Of a DNA stretch of 64,000 nt, positions 40,996-52,049 are shown piece after piece. A program made the position numbers and the translations under genes. The stretch's first letter is position 1. Each line of letters starts with the position of its first letter. The notes below the pieces were generated by a model, which saw only the letters and a program-made list of their open reading frames with translations, was not told the origin of the DNA and did no database searches. Origin of the DNA: Nitrosopumilaceae archaeon (GTDB lineage Archaea; Thermoproteota; Nitrososphaeria; Nitrososphaerales; Nitrosopumilaceae); the NCBI GenBank assembly GCA_965209085.1, contig OZ242376.1:1504001-1568000 (forward strand), given 5' to 3'.

Positions 40996-43629
40996 TTGCT
41001 AGGTAATAGACAACTTTTCAAAATTGGATCATTTGATATGCGCTTGCACCATCTGCTTGTGGTAGCTGTTCTTGTCATGGCAGTGTCCATGTCCGCAATG
41101 GTGCGGTCATATCCGTTAGAATATGGGTATGAGCTAAATGAATTTGATCCGTTTTTTAATTTTAGAGCCACACAATATTTGGTTGATAACGGATGGTTTG
41201 CATACAAGGATTGGCACGATGACAGAGTGTGGTATCCTGCAGGACGCGATATTTCCAATACCTCTCAGGAAATGCAACATTTTACTGCGGCAGGACTTTA
41301 CAAGGTATTTGGAGGAGGCATGACATTATATGATTTCATAATACCTCTGCCGCTGATATTTGGCTCACTTACCGCGATAGCAGTTTTCGCCATGGTTCGG
41401 GTCATAGGCGGCACCACCGCAGGTATGCTAGCATCCATGTTTTTTGCAATTTCAATTCCGGTCATAAACAGAGGTACAATAGGATGGTTCAAGTCAGAAC
41501 CGTTGGGACTTTTTTATGGAATAATTGGAATGTACTTGTTTTTGAGCGGTATAAAATCAGATACCCGTAGAATGGCACTGACAAAACTTGTTTTTGGCGG
41601 CATAATGGTTGCATTTGCTCTTTCTGCGTGGGGAGGCTCTCAATTTTTTATAGTGCCAATAGGAATATTCCTTTTTGCACTTCCGATTATCCGCAAGGAT
41701 TTTGGTGCAATTACATTACGGGTAATCGTGTTCGCAGCATCATTACTTGCCACCATGGCATTTTTTGAGAGAGGAGGCGTCAATGCAATAACCGGAATGG
41801 TGGGACCTGCCATTATTATTCCCACGTTATTCAATGTAATTTGTTATGTTATACAGAAAAAATGGCCACAAAAAGCTCGATTTATCATAATACGACTGTT
41901 TGCAGGTTTAATGGGAACAAGTATCGTGGCGATCACAATTAACGCAATATATCAAATCTTACCCTTTGGACACAGACAATTTGTAGCACTAAATCCATTC
42001 TTAAAATCAGAAAGTGTCATTTCACAATCTGTTGCAGAACACGCTACAACTACCATTACACAGTCTTTTTCGTTTTTTTCGATACTTTTGATATTTGCCG
42101 GATTAGGGGCATGGCTCTTGCTTGTTAATAGGGATAAAATGAAAACATATTTGCCAATTATTCCATTTGATATGGCAGTATTTGCGCTCATATTGTCAAT
42201 CATGGGAGTTTATCTTAGTTCCGCTTTCATCAGACTTGAATTATACACTACAATCGCCACTAGTGTTTTGGCATCAATTGCCATAGCCATTATTAGTGCA
42301 GAGATACTAAAACCCCGCGTACACTCAAAAAAACATGCTAGAATTCATCCGACAGTAAAGATTGCATTTGTGGCAGTAATTGTGGTTCTTTTAATCACAC
42401 CAACACTTACTCCAGTATACGGAAATTGGACAAATGCATCTAGAGGTCCTCCAACTTTACTTACAGGTGGATCAAGTGCGGCAATAAACAACGACTGGCC
42501 TGAAACATTTGAGTGGATAAAGACTAACACTCCAAAAGATGCCATAATAGGATCATGGTGGGATTATGGTTATTGGCTGACCACAATGACCAATAGAATT
42601 AGCCTTGCGGATAACGGTACGTTAAGTACAGAACAAATTGCCAAGATTGGTCGTACGCTAGTCAGCGATCCGGATAAAGCATGGAAAGTGTTTACAGACT
42701 GGAATGTGGATTATTTTATGATATTTATTGCCGCTCAAAAGCTGCAGGGTACTCCGCCACTGTATTTACTAACCGGAGGAGGCGATGAAAGTAAAAAAGT
42801 ATGGTTCATAAGAATTGGCGGAGAAGATCTTCACAGGTATACTTACAGTGATGGATTTAGCGGTACGGATTACTTTTGGGAAGATACATTGTTGGGTAGC
42901 ATGATACCATTTTCAATATCCACATACTATAACCAACAGACGGGTGAACAAAGTCCGACTTATCGTACAGGGTATGTTGGGATATACCACAAGGATATAA
43001 AATATCCATCAACTGGGGATGGACCATTAAAACTAGCATACGCGTCAAATTCATTTGTAGAAGATCATAATGGAATAACTGGTGTGCTCATATACGAGAT
43101 AAATAAAGACTATATTCCATCGGATGTAAAACCAGACTCGGATCAAAATACTGCTCGTGTAACCACCGGTTTGGGACAATTTACGATAGAGCTTGATCGT
43201 GATGCAGCTCCAAATACGGTACAAAACTTTGTAAATCTTACAGAATCAGGATTCTACGATAACACGATATTTCACAGAATTATTCCAGGTTACATATTGC
43301 AAGGAGGAGATCCAAATACAAAATACCAAGGCAGGGACACGTGGGGATTTGGAAATCCAGGATACAGTATAGATGCCGAATATAATGACTTGTCCCATAC
43401 AAAATATGCCGTATCCATGGCTAGAACAGACGATGTAAACAGTGCCGGTTCCCAATTTTTCATCATGCTAGAAGATTCCACCCAACTTGACGGTCAATAT
43501 ACGGTATTTGGCCATGTTACGCAGGGTCATAGCGTAATTGATCGACTTGCCGTGTTAAACACAACGGATAATGAACAACCCATACAAGGATATGATGCAA
43601 TGGTTGAAAAGATAGAGATTATACGTTAG
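40996..43629 (+). CDS. aglB: Oligosaccharyltransferase AglB/STT3 fused to a C-terminal cyclophilin PPIase
   Basis: EFDPFF, SVAEH, WWDYG, DNGT, DESK; then FHRIIPGYILQGGDP and SAGSQFFI...YTVFG in the same frame. Confidence 0.93.
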   Translation: MLGNRQLFKIGSFDMRLHHLLVVAVLVMAVSMSAMVRSYPLEYGYELNEFDPFFNFRATQYLVDNGWFAYKDWHDDRVWYPAGRDISNTSQEMQHFTAAGLYKVFGGGMTLYDFIIPLPLIFGSLTAIAVFAMVRVIGGTTAGMLASMFFAISIPVINRGTIGWFKSEPLGLFYGIIGMYLFLSGIKSDTRRMALTKLVFGGIMVAFALSAWGGSQFFIVPIGIFLFALPIIRKDFGAITLRVIVFAASLLATMAFFERGGVNAITGMVGPAIIIPTLFNVICYVIQKKWPQKARFIIIRLFAGLMGTSIVAITINAIYQILPFGHRQFVALNPFLKSESVISQSVAEHATTTITQSFSFFSILLIFAGLGAWLLLVNRDKMKTYLPIIPFDMAVFALILSIMGVYLSSAFIRLELYTTIATSVLASIAIAIISAEILKPRVHSKKHARIHPTVKIAFVAVIVVLLITPTLTPVYGNWTNASRGPPTLLTGGSSAAINNDWPETFEWIKTNTPKDAIIGSWWDYGYWLTTMTNRISLADNGTLSTEQIAKIGRTLVSDPDKAWKVFTDWNVDYFMIFIAAQKLQGTPPLYLLTGGGDESKKVWFIRIGGEDLHRYTYSDGFSGTDYFWEDTLLGSMIPFSISTYYNQQTGEQSPTYRTGYVGIYHKDIKYPSTGDGPLKLAYASNSFVEDHNGITGVLIYEINKDYIPSDVKPDSDQNTARVTTGLGQFTIELDRDAAPNTVQNFVNLTESGFYDNTIFHRIIPGYILQGGDPNTKYQGRDTWGFGNPGYSIDAEYNDLSHTKYAVSMARTDDVNSAGSQFFIMLEDSTQLDGQYTVFGHVTQGHSVIDRLAVLNTTDNEQPIQGYDAMVEKIEIIR

Positions 43630-43781
43630 TCATAGTTTTCCGCAAGACGGTATCGGGCATATTTATCATCTGGAGAATATTTTGCAGGATGAGCTAATTT
43701 TGTATCCGTACCGCATTTTGGACAAATTGGTTTAAAAGTGTAAACGGTACATTTTTCGCATTTAAGAAGTTGAAACTTCAT
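43626..43781 (-). CDS. nop10: H/ACA RNP protein Nop10
   Basis: Manual translation MKFQLLKCEKC...CPKCG...HPAKYSPDDKYARYR, directly downstream of aIF2-alpha. Confidence 0.93.
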   Translation of the reverse strand: MKFQLLKCEKCTVYTFKPICPKCGTDTKLAHPAKYSPDDKYARYRLAENYD

Positions 43782-44561
43782 TTAATCAGTCCTAGTCTTT
43801 TTTGATTCTTCTCTGACAAATTGAAACAAACCTTTTTTCTTTTCAATTGACTGCTGTATTTTAGATATAATTGGTTTTATTGCACGTTCAGCTGATTTGA
43901 AATCACTAGCAATTACTGACAATCGGTATTTAGGCGCCCCCATGTAAGATATTTCAATGCCATCATTTTTGGCAGCACTCATCAATACGTTACGGATTGT
44001 TTCAACACCGTTAGAATTTTTAACAGATATGTCCATTATTCCTCGAATTTCAACTGACGATAATCGGATTTTTGAGCTGGTTTCAATCATAGCAGCTTCT
44101 GTATCTTTTGGCAAGTTTAACGGTTTTATCGATTGTTCACCTTCACGTGCAATTGTTGAAAAAGCATCATACACGGATTCAAATTTCTCATACAAGATCT
44201 CTTCTAATTTTTCAGCATCAGTGTCAGAAAGATTGGTTTTTTGAATTACACTGTTTAGTAGTGTTTTACCTTTATCATATTTTTTAACTTCTAATAGTTT
44301 TTTCTTTCGTTGATCAGCAGATATTTGTTTGAGAGATAGATCAATATCGGATCGATTTTTGCTTACTCTTTTTACCAGTAGAACCTTTTTTTCTCCGATT
44401 TTTACGTATTTATTGACTGAACGGATCCAGCCTGGAGCAATTTCAGATATGTGTAGAAAACCTTGGATATTGTCATATTCATCCAATGTGACATAAGCAC
44501 CGTGATCCATAATTTTGGTCACAGTTGCTAGAATAATTTCGCCAACTTCTGGGAATTCCAT
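43782..44561 (-). CDS. eif2a: Translation initiation factor aIF2 alpha
   Basis: S1 domain GAYVTLDEY, IDLSLK, YMGAPKYR. Confidence 0.95.
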   Translation of the reverse strand: MEFPEVGEIILATVTKIMDHGAYVTLDEYDNIQGFLHISEIAPGWIRSVNKYVKIGEKKVLLVKRVSKNRSDIDLSLKQISADQRKKKLLEVKKYDKGKTLLNSVIQKTNLSDTDAEKLEEILYEKFESVYDAFSTIAREGEQSIKPLNLPKDTEAAMIETSSKIRLSSVEIRGIMDISVKNSNGVETIRNVLMSAAKNDGIEISYMGAPKYRLSVIASDFKSAERAIKPIISKIQQSIEKKKGLFQFVREESKKTRTD

Positions 44562-44720
44562 ATAATATCACAATAATATCATGTAATTTAATGTTAGTCC
44601 AAAACATATGAAATAAAATTAATCATTTGTATACAAAATATGGAAGATGTGCCTAACAATCAACACATTTGTTGTCATTATTTCAATAAGCAATTAATAC
44701 TTAATAGAAATATTTGCGTT

Positions 44721-46229
44721 ATGAGTGACATTCGGGTAAACTATGTTGGAATGATTTCATTTTTTTCAAATTTGGCACTCTTAATTGGAGGGTTATTTTT
44801 CTCAATAATGATAACTAGACTGTTAGAACCAGAAGATTTTGGATTTTGGGTTTTAATATCAGGCATGGTATCATATGTTGTTATTATAGATCCGGTTTCA
44901 TCATATTGGATTACAAGGAAAATATCAAGAGGTCACAAGATTGCAAAAACTGGAATTGCCAATAGTGCAATATTATCAAGTGGCGGTTTAATCATATATG
45001 TTGGTTTAATATTATATGTAAATGCCACTCTTGAAGTTGATTTTATTATTTTAGTTGTTTCAATATTATTCATTCCTACTGTATTTATTCAAAATGCAAT
45101 AACTGCCGTATGTTTGGGGTGTAAACCACAAGTTAATTCATACGGTAGAATGGTTGCCATGATTTCTAAAATACTTGTTGGTGTATTACTAGTATTTGTT
45201 TTACAATGGGGAATAATGGGATTTATAATTGCAATTATTGTTGAAAATATTATATGCGCAATTACCATGTTAATTTTGATTCGTTCCAGAGACATATTTG
45301 GGATAATTGATAAAGATTTCATACGATATACTTTTTCAATGTCATGGTTGACATTATACATAAATGTGCATACTTTGATACGCAGTGCAGATGTTTTAAT
45401 ATTTCCAATAATAACAGGATCATTAACGGCCGTAGCATACTTGGGAATCGGCATGGCGATAAGTCGATTCATAGAATATTCAGGAGCAATGACGCAAGGT
45501 TTGTATTCAAAAATACTTTCCACAGGTGATGTCAGATATGCCATAGATAATTTACGTTACACGTTATTTGTTGCCATACCCATATTAGCATTGGTTATTG
45601 CATTATCAAAACCAATATTATTTATATTAAATCCGTTATATGGGCATATTTCCATTCCAATAATATTATTTTCTTTCCATATATTTTTGTTCATTATATT
45701 CATGTTTGCCATAAATGTGCTAAGAGGTAAAGACAAGGTAGATATTGATAAAAAGAGTAATTTTAAGAAATATATCAATAGTGATTTATTTCAAACATCC
45801 ACCATATTACTAATTTATTCTACATCATACATAATTACGTTTACAGTATTGTTATACTCTGGTATATTTGGAAATACAGATTTGGAATTAATCACAGGTT
45901 GGACGTTAACTATACTTGTATTTACTACCATTTTTACCACATATACATTGATTTTATTAAGACGAAAATATTCTATATCACTTCCCTACGTATCTATGAT
46001 CAAATATGCATTGGCTACAATACCATTAATTATTACAATAAATTACATGTTAGAACAATTTTTCACATATTCTAGCGATATAATTGATTTGACCATACAG
46101 ACATTATTACTTATGACGGCAGGATTGTTAATTTATCTATCAATTACCATCACTATAGACAAACCGTGTAGAAATTTGATGGTAAAGTGTTTGAGAGAAA
46201 TAGATAAAATTAGAAAATCCAAATTATAA
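44721..46229 (+). CDS. Wzx/MOP-family flippase-like polysaccharide exporter
   Basis: Many TM helices; ITRLLEPEDFG motif. Confidence 0.8.
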   Translation: MSDIRVNYVGMISFFSNLALLIGGLFFSIMITRLLEPEDFGFWVLISGMVSYVVIIDPVSSYWITRKISRGHKIAKTGIANSAILSSGGLIIYVGLILYVNATLEVDFIILVVSILFIPTVFIQNAITAVCLGCKPQVNSYGRMVAMISKILVGVLLVFVLQWGIMGFIIAIIVENIICAITMLILIRSRDIFGIIDKDFIRYTFSMSWLTLYINVHTLIRSADVLIFPIITGSLTAVAYLGIGMAISRFIEYSGAMTQGLYSKILSTGDVRYAIDNLRYTLFVAIPILALVIALSKPILFILNPLYGHISIPIILFSFHIFLFIIFMFAINVLRGKDKVDIDKKSNFKKYINSDLFQTSTILLIYSTSYIITFTVLLYSGIFGNTDLELITGWTLTILVFTTIFTTYTLILLRRKYSISLPYVSMIKYALATIPLIITINYMLEQFFTYSSDIIDLTIQTLLLMTAGLLIYLSITITIDKPCRNLMVKCLREIDKIRKSKL

Positions 46230-46320
46230 AAATACGAGTTATTTTTATCCATAATTAATGGATGTAGTTATAAAAATAAATTTGAATGTTTATGATTATG
46301 TTTTAAGAGTTAATTTATAC

Positions 46321-47298
46321 TCACATTTTTACAAATCCAGTTCCGGTTCTGCCTATGCTTTTCCAATCGTATATGTCATCAATCAATGTGTTACCATAAT
46401 AACTCCATTCTGCCCTAGAACTTTTTCTAGCAATTTGTACAATATTATGATCGTTGTGCTTGGATGCCCATTGGTAACCTTTGAAAAGATAGGGATAGAC
46501 AAACATAAACGAATAAAATCTTATACCAATATTAGGGAATTTATGCATTAATGTTAGCGCATATTTTATTAATTTAGAATCTATTTTTATATCATCTCCA
46601 GAATGGGCATACCAGTATATGCCTTTTGAAAATTGTTGCCAGTATAAATCATTGTTCTCATAATCTAACGATTGATTGCTGAATTTGTTGCTATAGTCGT
46701 ATCTATAATTTTTATTTTTTTTTATGCATTCAATAATAAAAGTGTCATTGCCATTGTAAATTTTTTGATAATTTTCAAAATCAATACATTCAAAAAAATA
46801 TGGCCGGTAAATCCAAATGACTCCAGACCAAGCATCAGTCATTTTGCTCATGATTAGATCATAACAATAAGTTTTGATTTTATCTCTGATTGTCTGTACA
46901 TTATGTATTGCTGGTGCCGAGTGAGCTACAATATTTAAAGTGCCCACTGCATCATATCCTGTCATTGCAGATGGTAAAACTAACGAATCAACATTTAACA
47001 TGAGTATTTTATCATTTTTACTTGCATTAATACAATCCCAAATTATATGAGATAACGGCATGTTCCAAGTTTTATCGTGTTTGGTTGAAACATATCTTTG
47101 TCCATTAAATCCATGTTTATTACATATTTGATTTATCACAGAGATCAAGGTTTGGTTTTCAGGTGCATCAATTCCAAAAATTATCTCTTGGGGATGAAGA
47201 TTAATTATTGCTGGAATTGTTTTTTCTGCAAATTTTAATTCCTTTTCAGTACCCAAAATAGGCATAATAACGGAAAAATTATTGTATATGTTTTCCAT
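46321..47298 (-). CDS. Divergent GT-A-like protein, paralog A
   Basis: FSVIMP start, NVD at the DxD position, aligns with 47791-48723. Confidence 0.65.
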   Translation of the reverse strand: MENIYNNFSVIMPILGTEKELKFAEKTIPAIINLHPQEIIFGIDAPENQTLISVINQICNKHGFNGQRYVSTKHDKTWNMPLSHIIWDCINASKNDKILMLNVDSLVLPSAMTGYDAVGTLNIVAHSAPAIHNVQTIRDKIKTYCYDLIMSKMTDAWSGVIWIYRPYFFECIDFENYQKIYNGNDTFIIECIKKNKNYRYDYSNKFSNQSLDYENNDLYWQQFSKGIYWYAHSGDDIKIDSKLIKYALTLMHKFPNIGIRFYSFMFVYPYLFKGYQWASKHNDHNIVQIARKSSRAEWSYYGNTLIDDIYDWKSIGRTGTGFVKM

Positions 47299-47790
47299 TA
47301 TTGTTATTCGTTAAAATACTTATTTAAATGTAGATCATAATGATACGCAGTTGTATAACCTGTTTAGCTGCACATCTAACAATAATCTCATCTAAACAAA
47401 TAGATCACCTTCAGATATGGGGATTATTGATAAAAACAAAACCCATCAGAAATGATCCGTATAGAATACATTATGTCAATTAATATTTCTCTCGTATGTC
47501 TTTATCGCACCATATACAGACAGACAGCATTACCGTAAGATGTTATGCATGAACGATCACAAATACATCACACGTGATAAATTTTAAAAAATCCCAAGTC
47601 CAGAGGATCCAAATCAGGACAAAAAACAAGGACAAAAACGGCAGACGTTTCGAGTATGCAGACAGCATGTTTTAAACGCTTGGCATTAATCAAATCATAT
47701 ACGAGTACTTTCTCACCCACAAAGTACGGACCTCATATGTGTGAAAATAAATAATACTTATATTATATAATTAATTAACAAATTTTGGGT

Positions 47791-48723
47791 ATGGAATTAA
47801 AAACACATTTTAACAAATTCACATTTCTTGTTCCATGCGCTGGATCTACAAAAGAGATGAATTTTGCCAGAAAATCATTGCCAAAAATTATAAAACTCGA
47901 GCCATCTGAAATCATTTTTGGCATGAATGACCCTACAAATCCTGAAATTGTGGATATAATTGACACCATATGCAAATCAGAACACTATACATCATACAGA
48001 TACGTCAAAGTAAAACCTGATGCAAATTGGAATTTTCAATTAGCTCATGTCGTATGGTCATGTATAGAGAAATCTTCCAACGATGTAATATGTGTGATCA
48101 ATATTGATGAAAGCGTAAAACCTGAGCTATTAAAAGGTGCGAATTATGTAGGCAGAAATAATACAGTCATGTATTCTGCTCAAGCTGTACCATACATGGA
48201 AAAATATTCTGATGTGTTCAAACGGATATCGCATCAAATTAATCTATGGTTCGAACCAGAACCATTCAGGAGGTTTACCGGTGTTTTTTGGGTTTATAGA
48301 CCATACTTTATGAATTTTATGGACAAATCATATTACATGTCAATACGTAATGGGATGGACGCGACATTATTTGAAAAAGGTGAATTGTCAGAATACAACA
48401 TAATTTATTCGCGTAAATACTCGTCTACGTCATTGGACATTGATCATGATGCTCTACCACAAATACAAGTCCTTACTGGTATCTGGAATTACGTACATCA
48501 CATATACGATAAGAGATCAAAAATAATCGGGCATAAAAGATGGGCAAAATTAGCTTCGCTCAAAACAGGCACCCCTTGGAAATACAAAGGTTACATATAT
48601 GCTATGAAACATTTTGAAGACTCTCTAGTTCAAAAAGCATCAAAAAAATCTAAATTTGACTATATTGCACTATGGAAATCATCATCTCATGAAATAGCCA
48701 AACTAATCGACAAGATTACATAA
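47791..48723 (+). CDS. Divergent GT-A-like protein, paralog B
   Basis: FTFLVP start, NID, WVYRPYF shared with paralog A. Confidence 0.65.
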   Translation: MELKTHFNKFTFLVPCAGSTKEMNFARKSLPKIIKLEPSEIIFGMNDPTNPEIVDIIDTICKSEHYTSYRYVKVKPDANWNFQLAHVVWSCIEKSSNDVICVINIDESVKPELLKGANYVGRNNTVMYSAQAVPYMEKYSDVFKRISHQINLWFEPEPFRRFTGVFWVYRPYFMNFMDKSYYMSIRNGMDATLFEKGELSEYNIIYSRKYSSTSLDIDHDALPQIQVLTGIWNYVHHIYDKRSKIIGHKRWAKLASLKTGTPWKYKGYIYAMKHFEDSLVQKASKKSKFDYIALWKSSSHEIAKLIDKIT

Positions 48724-48786
48724 TGAACCAAATTCACAATTTTTACGAATAAAAATGATTGATTTGAATGATTATGTACAAGGTCT
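48708..48786. mobile_element. 79-bp MITE of the IS5-like family
   Basis: Core near-identical to 61835-61912; AAT duplication at 48705-48707 and 48787-48789. Confidence 0.75.
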
Positions 48787-48810
48787 AATGTAAAACAATA
48801 GAATTAACTT

Positions 48811-50297
48811 TGGACTGGACACCATAAAATGAGAACATCCAAAGTGGAACAAATTTTATCTAGGCTATGAGGAATTTATCAATGAAAAGACCACATCATA
48901 CATTTCAAGTATTATAATGGTTCGGACCCCTGTACAATGAGAACGTTTTTTGCATTAAAAATGATAGGATCAGTGGGCTCATTTGTCTTGCCCTCCGCGC
49001 GATGTCAAATTCTGATGGCATCGCACATCCTATTGCAGAGTGTACCCAGTTCTGATTATAGTCCTCAAAGGCGTATGATATTGCATTCTGCATCCTGGAA
49101 CGTCTCAAAGTCGCGCGGCCAGACATACTCTTTCTTGAGATTCTTGTGGAAGGATTCCACATGAGCATTTTGCTCTGGCGTATGGCGGTGAATGAATTCC
49201 GGCCTCACACCGTATGCTTTTACAGCTTGTCAAACTGTAATGAAACATACTGGGAACCGTTATCTGTTCTTAGAGTAAGATTTGAGCAATCTGGTTTCTT
49301 GGAGGCTAAAGCTTCAGTTAATGCTGCAATGGCACCGTCCGTGACCGCTCTTGGCTCAAACGCATATCCTACCCATTCGCGGGTAAATGCAAAGGATGTT
49401 GAATAGGTAACACCATCTGTCCTGACCGCACCAAATGTACGTCATGTCAGCTTGCCTGAGCTGATCCGGTCTTGTGGGTTTTGGGCGCTTCCTTGAGCGA
49501 ATGATCTCTTTTTTGGGTTTTGTAGGCGTACTCTAGCCTAGATAATGGTATATTTTCTTCACTTTTTTGCAGTTTACAGGTTTACATGTAATGCGAGATA
49601 TGGTGGCAGTCATTCTTCGTGTTCCATACGTGGGTCTGCTTGAAGCAACCTGTTGTATCATCTTTGAGATTTCTTTGTCGATTTGGATGGTGCGTGGTTT
49701 TTTTGATGCGTACAGCATATTGTTGGATACTCCTACATAACGTATGGATTTGCGTGTACTGGGAACCTTGTTTTTGCATGAGGGTCAATGCTTTCATTTT
49801 GTGCTCTCCTCTAACGTTTTTTTTAAAACATCATTGGCTAGGGTCAGATCTCCAATGAGTTTTTGAGGGATTCATTTTCACTTGTAAGCGTCTTGACTGC
49901 ATTGTCCCTAGGCTTTCCGGAAAGAGCAGCTTTGCCGGATTCAATGAATGACTCCCTCCAACGATTGAACGTCATCGGACGGATATTGTGTCTGCGGCAC
50001 AGCTCAGCTGGTGGTAATGCGTGTGTTTATTGACTCTATGATGATACGCACCTTTTCATCTGGAGCACGATGTGGTTTTTTCATTGGCAAATCCACTCCT
50101 GAAGGGATAAAATTTGTAACACTTGTAGTGTTCTCATTTTATGGGGTCCACTCCAATAATCGATATAAGATACATTCTGTAATAGGATATGCGATACCAT
50201 CAGAATTTGGTTTTGTGTGATGGATAATGATAAAATGACTCCACTGATCCTTTCACGTTTAATACAAAAAACGTTTTCATTTTAAAGGTTTACGCCA
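48811..50297 (+). mobile_element. Outer, internally deleted IS3-like relic (~245 bp in two parts) interrupted by the inner copy
   Basis: 48811-48903 resembles the inner left end and ORF start; 50160-50297 resembles the inner right end; both are inverted relative to the inner copy. Confidence 0.72.
48918..50155 (-). mobile_element. IS3-family element, 1238 bp, transposase pseudogenised
   Basis: TG...CA termini, TIR ggacccc..aatgagaac, 4-bp duplication ATAA; RPTYGTRR, ADMTYIW, RTDNGSQY, DYNQNWVHSAIG. Confidence 0.88.
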
Positions 50298-50383
50298 ATT
50301 GAAGCTATGTCAATATTTATGTAAATGTACATGCGGTTAAGATGTGTATAATCAGATACTGTTAATAGGACATTTCATGGTGT

Positions 50384-51409
50384 TTGTACGTGCTTAGTAA
50401 AGATATGTTGGATAAATATGATACACGACGTATGTATGAAGTATATGATAATTGGCCAAAAATAGCACGTGAGTCATATGAAAAAAAAATCATGCCAATA
50501 AATTTTGATAATGTGAATCACGTGGTATTTGTTGGAATGGGTGGTTCAGGAACGGCATCGGATATTTTTTATTCAATTTTATCTCAAACATCTATTCATG
50601 TTACTGTGGTAAAAGGTTATGTCTTGCCTAAAAACATAGATGAAAACACACTTGTGATCATGATAAGCGTATCGGGTAATACTAAAGAGACGCTAACCGC
50701 ATTAAAATCTTCATTGCAATACAATTGTATGAAAATGGCATTTTCTGCTGGAGGACTGATTGAAAAATTTGCCAATGACAATAAAATTGAACATAGATCT
50801 TTAACAATGTATTCAAATCCTAGATTATCGTTGCCATCAATAGTATATACAATGTTAAATATTTTGGAAACTACGTTATCAATTAATAAAAATGACATAT
50901 ATGATTCAATAAAAGCATTAGAAAATTGTAGTCAAAAAATTTGTTCAGATAATCTCACAGATGAAAATCCATCACTAAAATTAGCAATGCAGTTATCAAA
51001 AATATGTCTCATATATTATCCTCACGGGCTACAGACTGTTGCAACAAGATTTAAAAATTCCATACATGAAAATATGAAAAAACATGCGTTAATTGAAAAT
51101 ATTATAGAATCATGTCACAATCAAATAATGGCATGGGAAGATAATACGGACATATTACCTATTTTATTACATGGCTCAGATGATCATGTCAAAACTATTA
51201 ACAGATGGAATGTGATTAAGAAATTTTTTGCCGCACGTAAAATTGATTATAAAGAATTCAATGTGACAGGAAACAATATTTTAACTAAAAATATGAGTTC
51301 AATATACGAATTAGATTATGCCACATTATATAATGCCGTTATAGAAAAAACAGATCCGTATACTATCGAGTCCATAGATTATATAAAAAAGTTATTAAAT
51401 AACGAATAA
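50384..51409 (+). CDS. SIS-domain phosphoglucose/phosphomannose isomerase-like protein
   Basis: GMGGSG, SVSGNTKET, RFKNSIHENMK, ESCHN. Confidence 0.85.
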   Translation: MYVLSKDMLDKYDTRRMYEVYDNWPKIARESYEKKIMPINFDNVNHVVFVGMGGSGTASDIFYSILSQTSIHVTVVKGYVLPKNIDENTLVIMISVSGNTKETLTALKSSLQYNCMKMAFSAGGLIEKFANDNKIEHRSLTMYSNPRLSLPSIVYTMLNILETTLSINKNDIYDSIKALENCSQKICSDNLTDENPSLKLAMQLSKICLIYYPHGLQTVATRFKNSIHENMKKHALIENIIESCHNQIMAWEDNTDILPILLHGSDDHVKTINRWNVIKKFFAARKIDYKEFNVTGNNILTKNMSSIYELDYATLYNAVIEKTDPYTIESIDYIKKLLNNE

Positions 51410-51465
51410 CATATGCATGATCAAGTATTTGTAATTTAACGGTGCTCATGATCATAGTTACATCA

Positions 51466-51993
51466 TCATAATGAAAGTTCATAATCGGTCATCTTACGAA
51501 GAAATTTTGCAGGGGTACCAACCCATACTTCACATTGTTGTATCTCAGGTTCTAAAACTACAGAATTTGCACCGATCGAAACATGATTGCCTATTTTTGT
51601 ACTTATCAAATTTGATCCTTGACCGATTCTACAATCATCACCTATAATGCACGGTTTTTTCTTTATGTTGGTTGTTCGTGCAGTCATAAATTTTTCATCA
51701 GCAGTTAATACACCAGCTCCAAAGATAGTTCCATTACCGATTATTGTATTACTATTAATGTGACAATGAGAATTGATCAGAGTATTTTTTCCGATTTTGG
51801 AACCAGCGTTTATTTCACAAAAATTTCCAATTACAGTATTTTCACCTATCTCAACATTATGACCAATATAACACCAGCCACACACTCTTGTGGATTCTGC
51901 TATTTTTGCAGATTCATGTATTTCATTAAATTTTCCCACTATTCTAGGCAAGACATACATACGCCATCCGATCATATAACATTCACTGATCAC
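51466..51993 (-). CDS. Hexapeptide-repeat sugar acyltransferase
   Basis: IGxNxxIG repeats, WVGTPAKFLR. Confidence 0.85.
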   Translation of the reverse strand: MISECYMIGWRMYVLPRIVGKFNEIHESAKIAESTRVCGWCYIGHNVEIGENTVIGNFCEINAGSKIGKNTLINSHCHINSNTIIGNGTIFGAGVLTADEKFMTARTTNIKKKPCIIGDDCRIGQGSNLISTKIGNHVSIGANSVVLEPEIQQCEVWVGTPAKFLRKMTDYELSL

Positions 51994-52049
51994 ATAAACA
52001 CTTGTATTTTATTAGTTATGAATATTATCATTTACAAAAATTCTATGTA

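Noticed and set aside
47300-47760. Possible IS remnant or ncRNA between the GT-like paralogs
   Set aside because: No recognisable motif, TIR or repeat could be supported.
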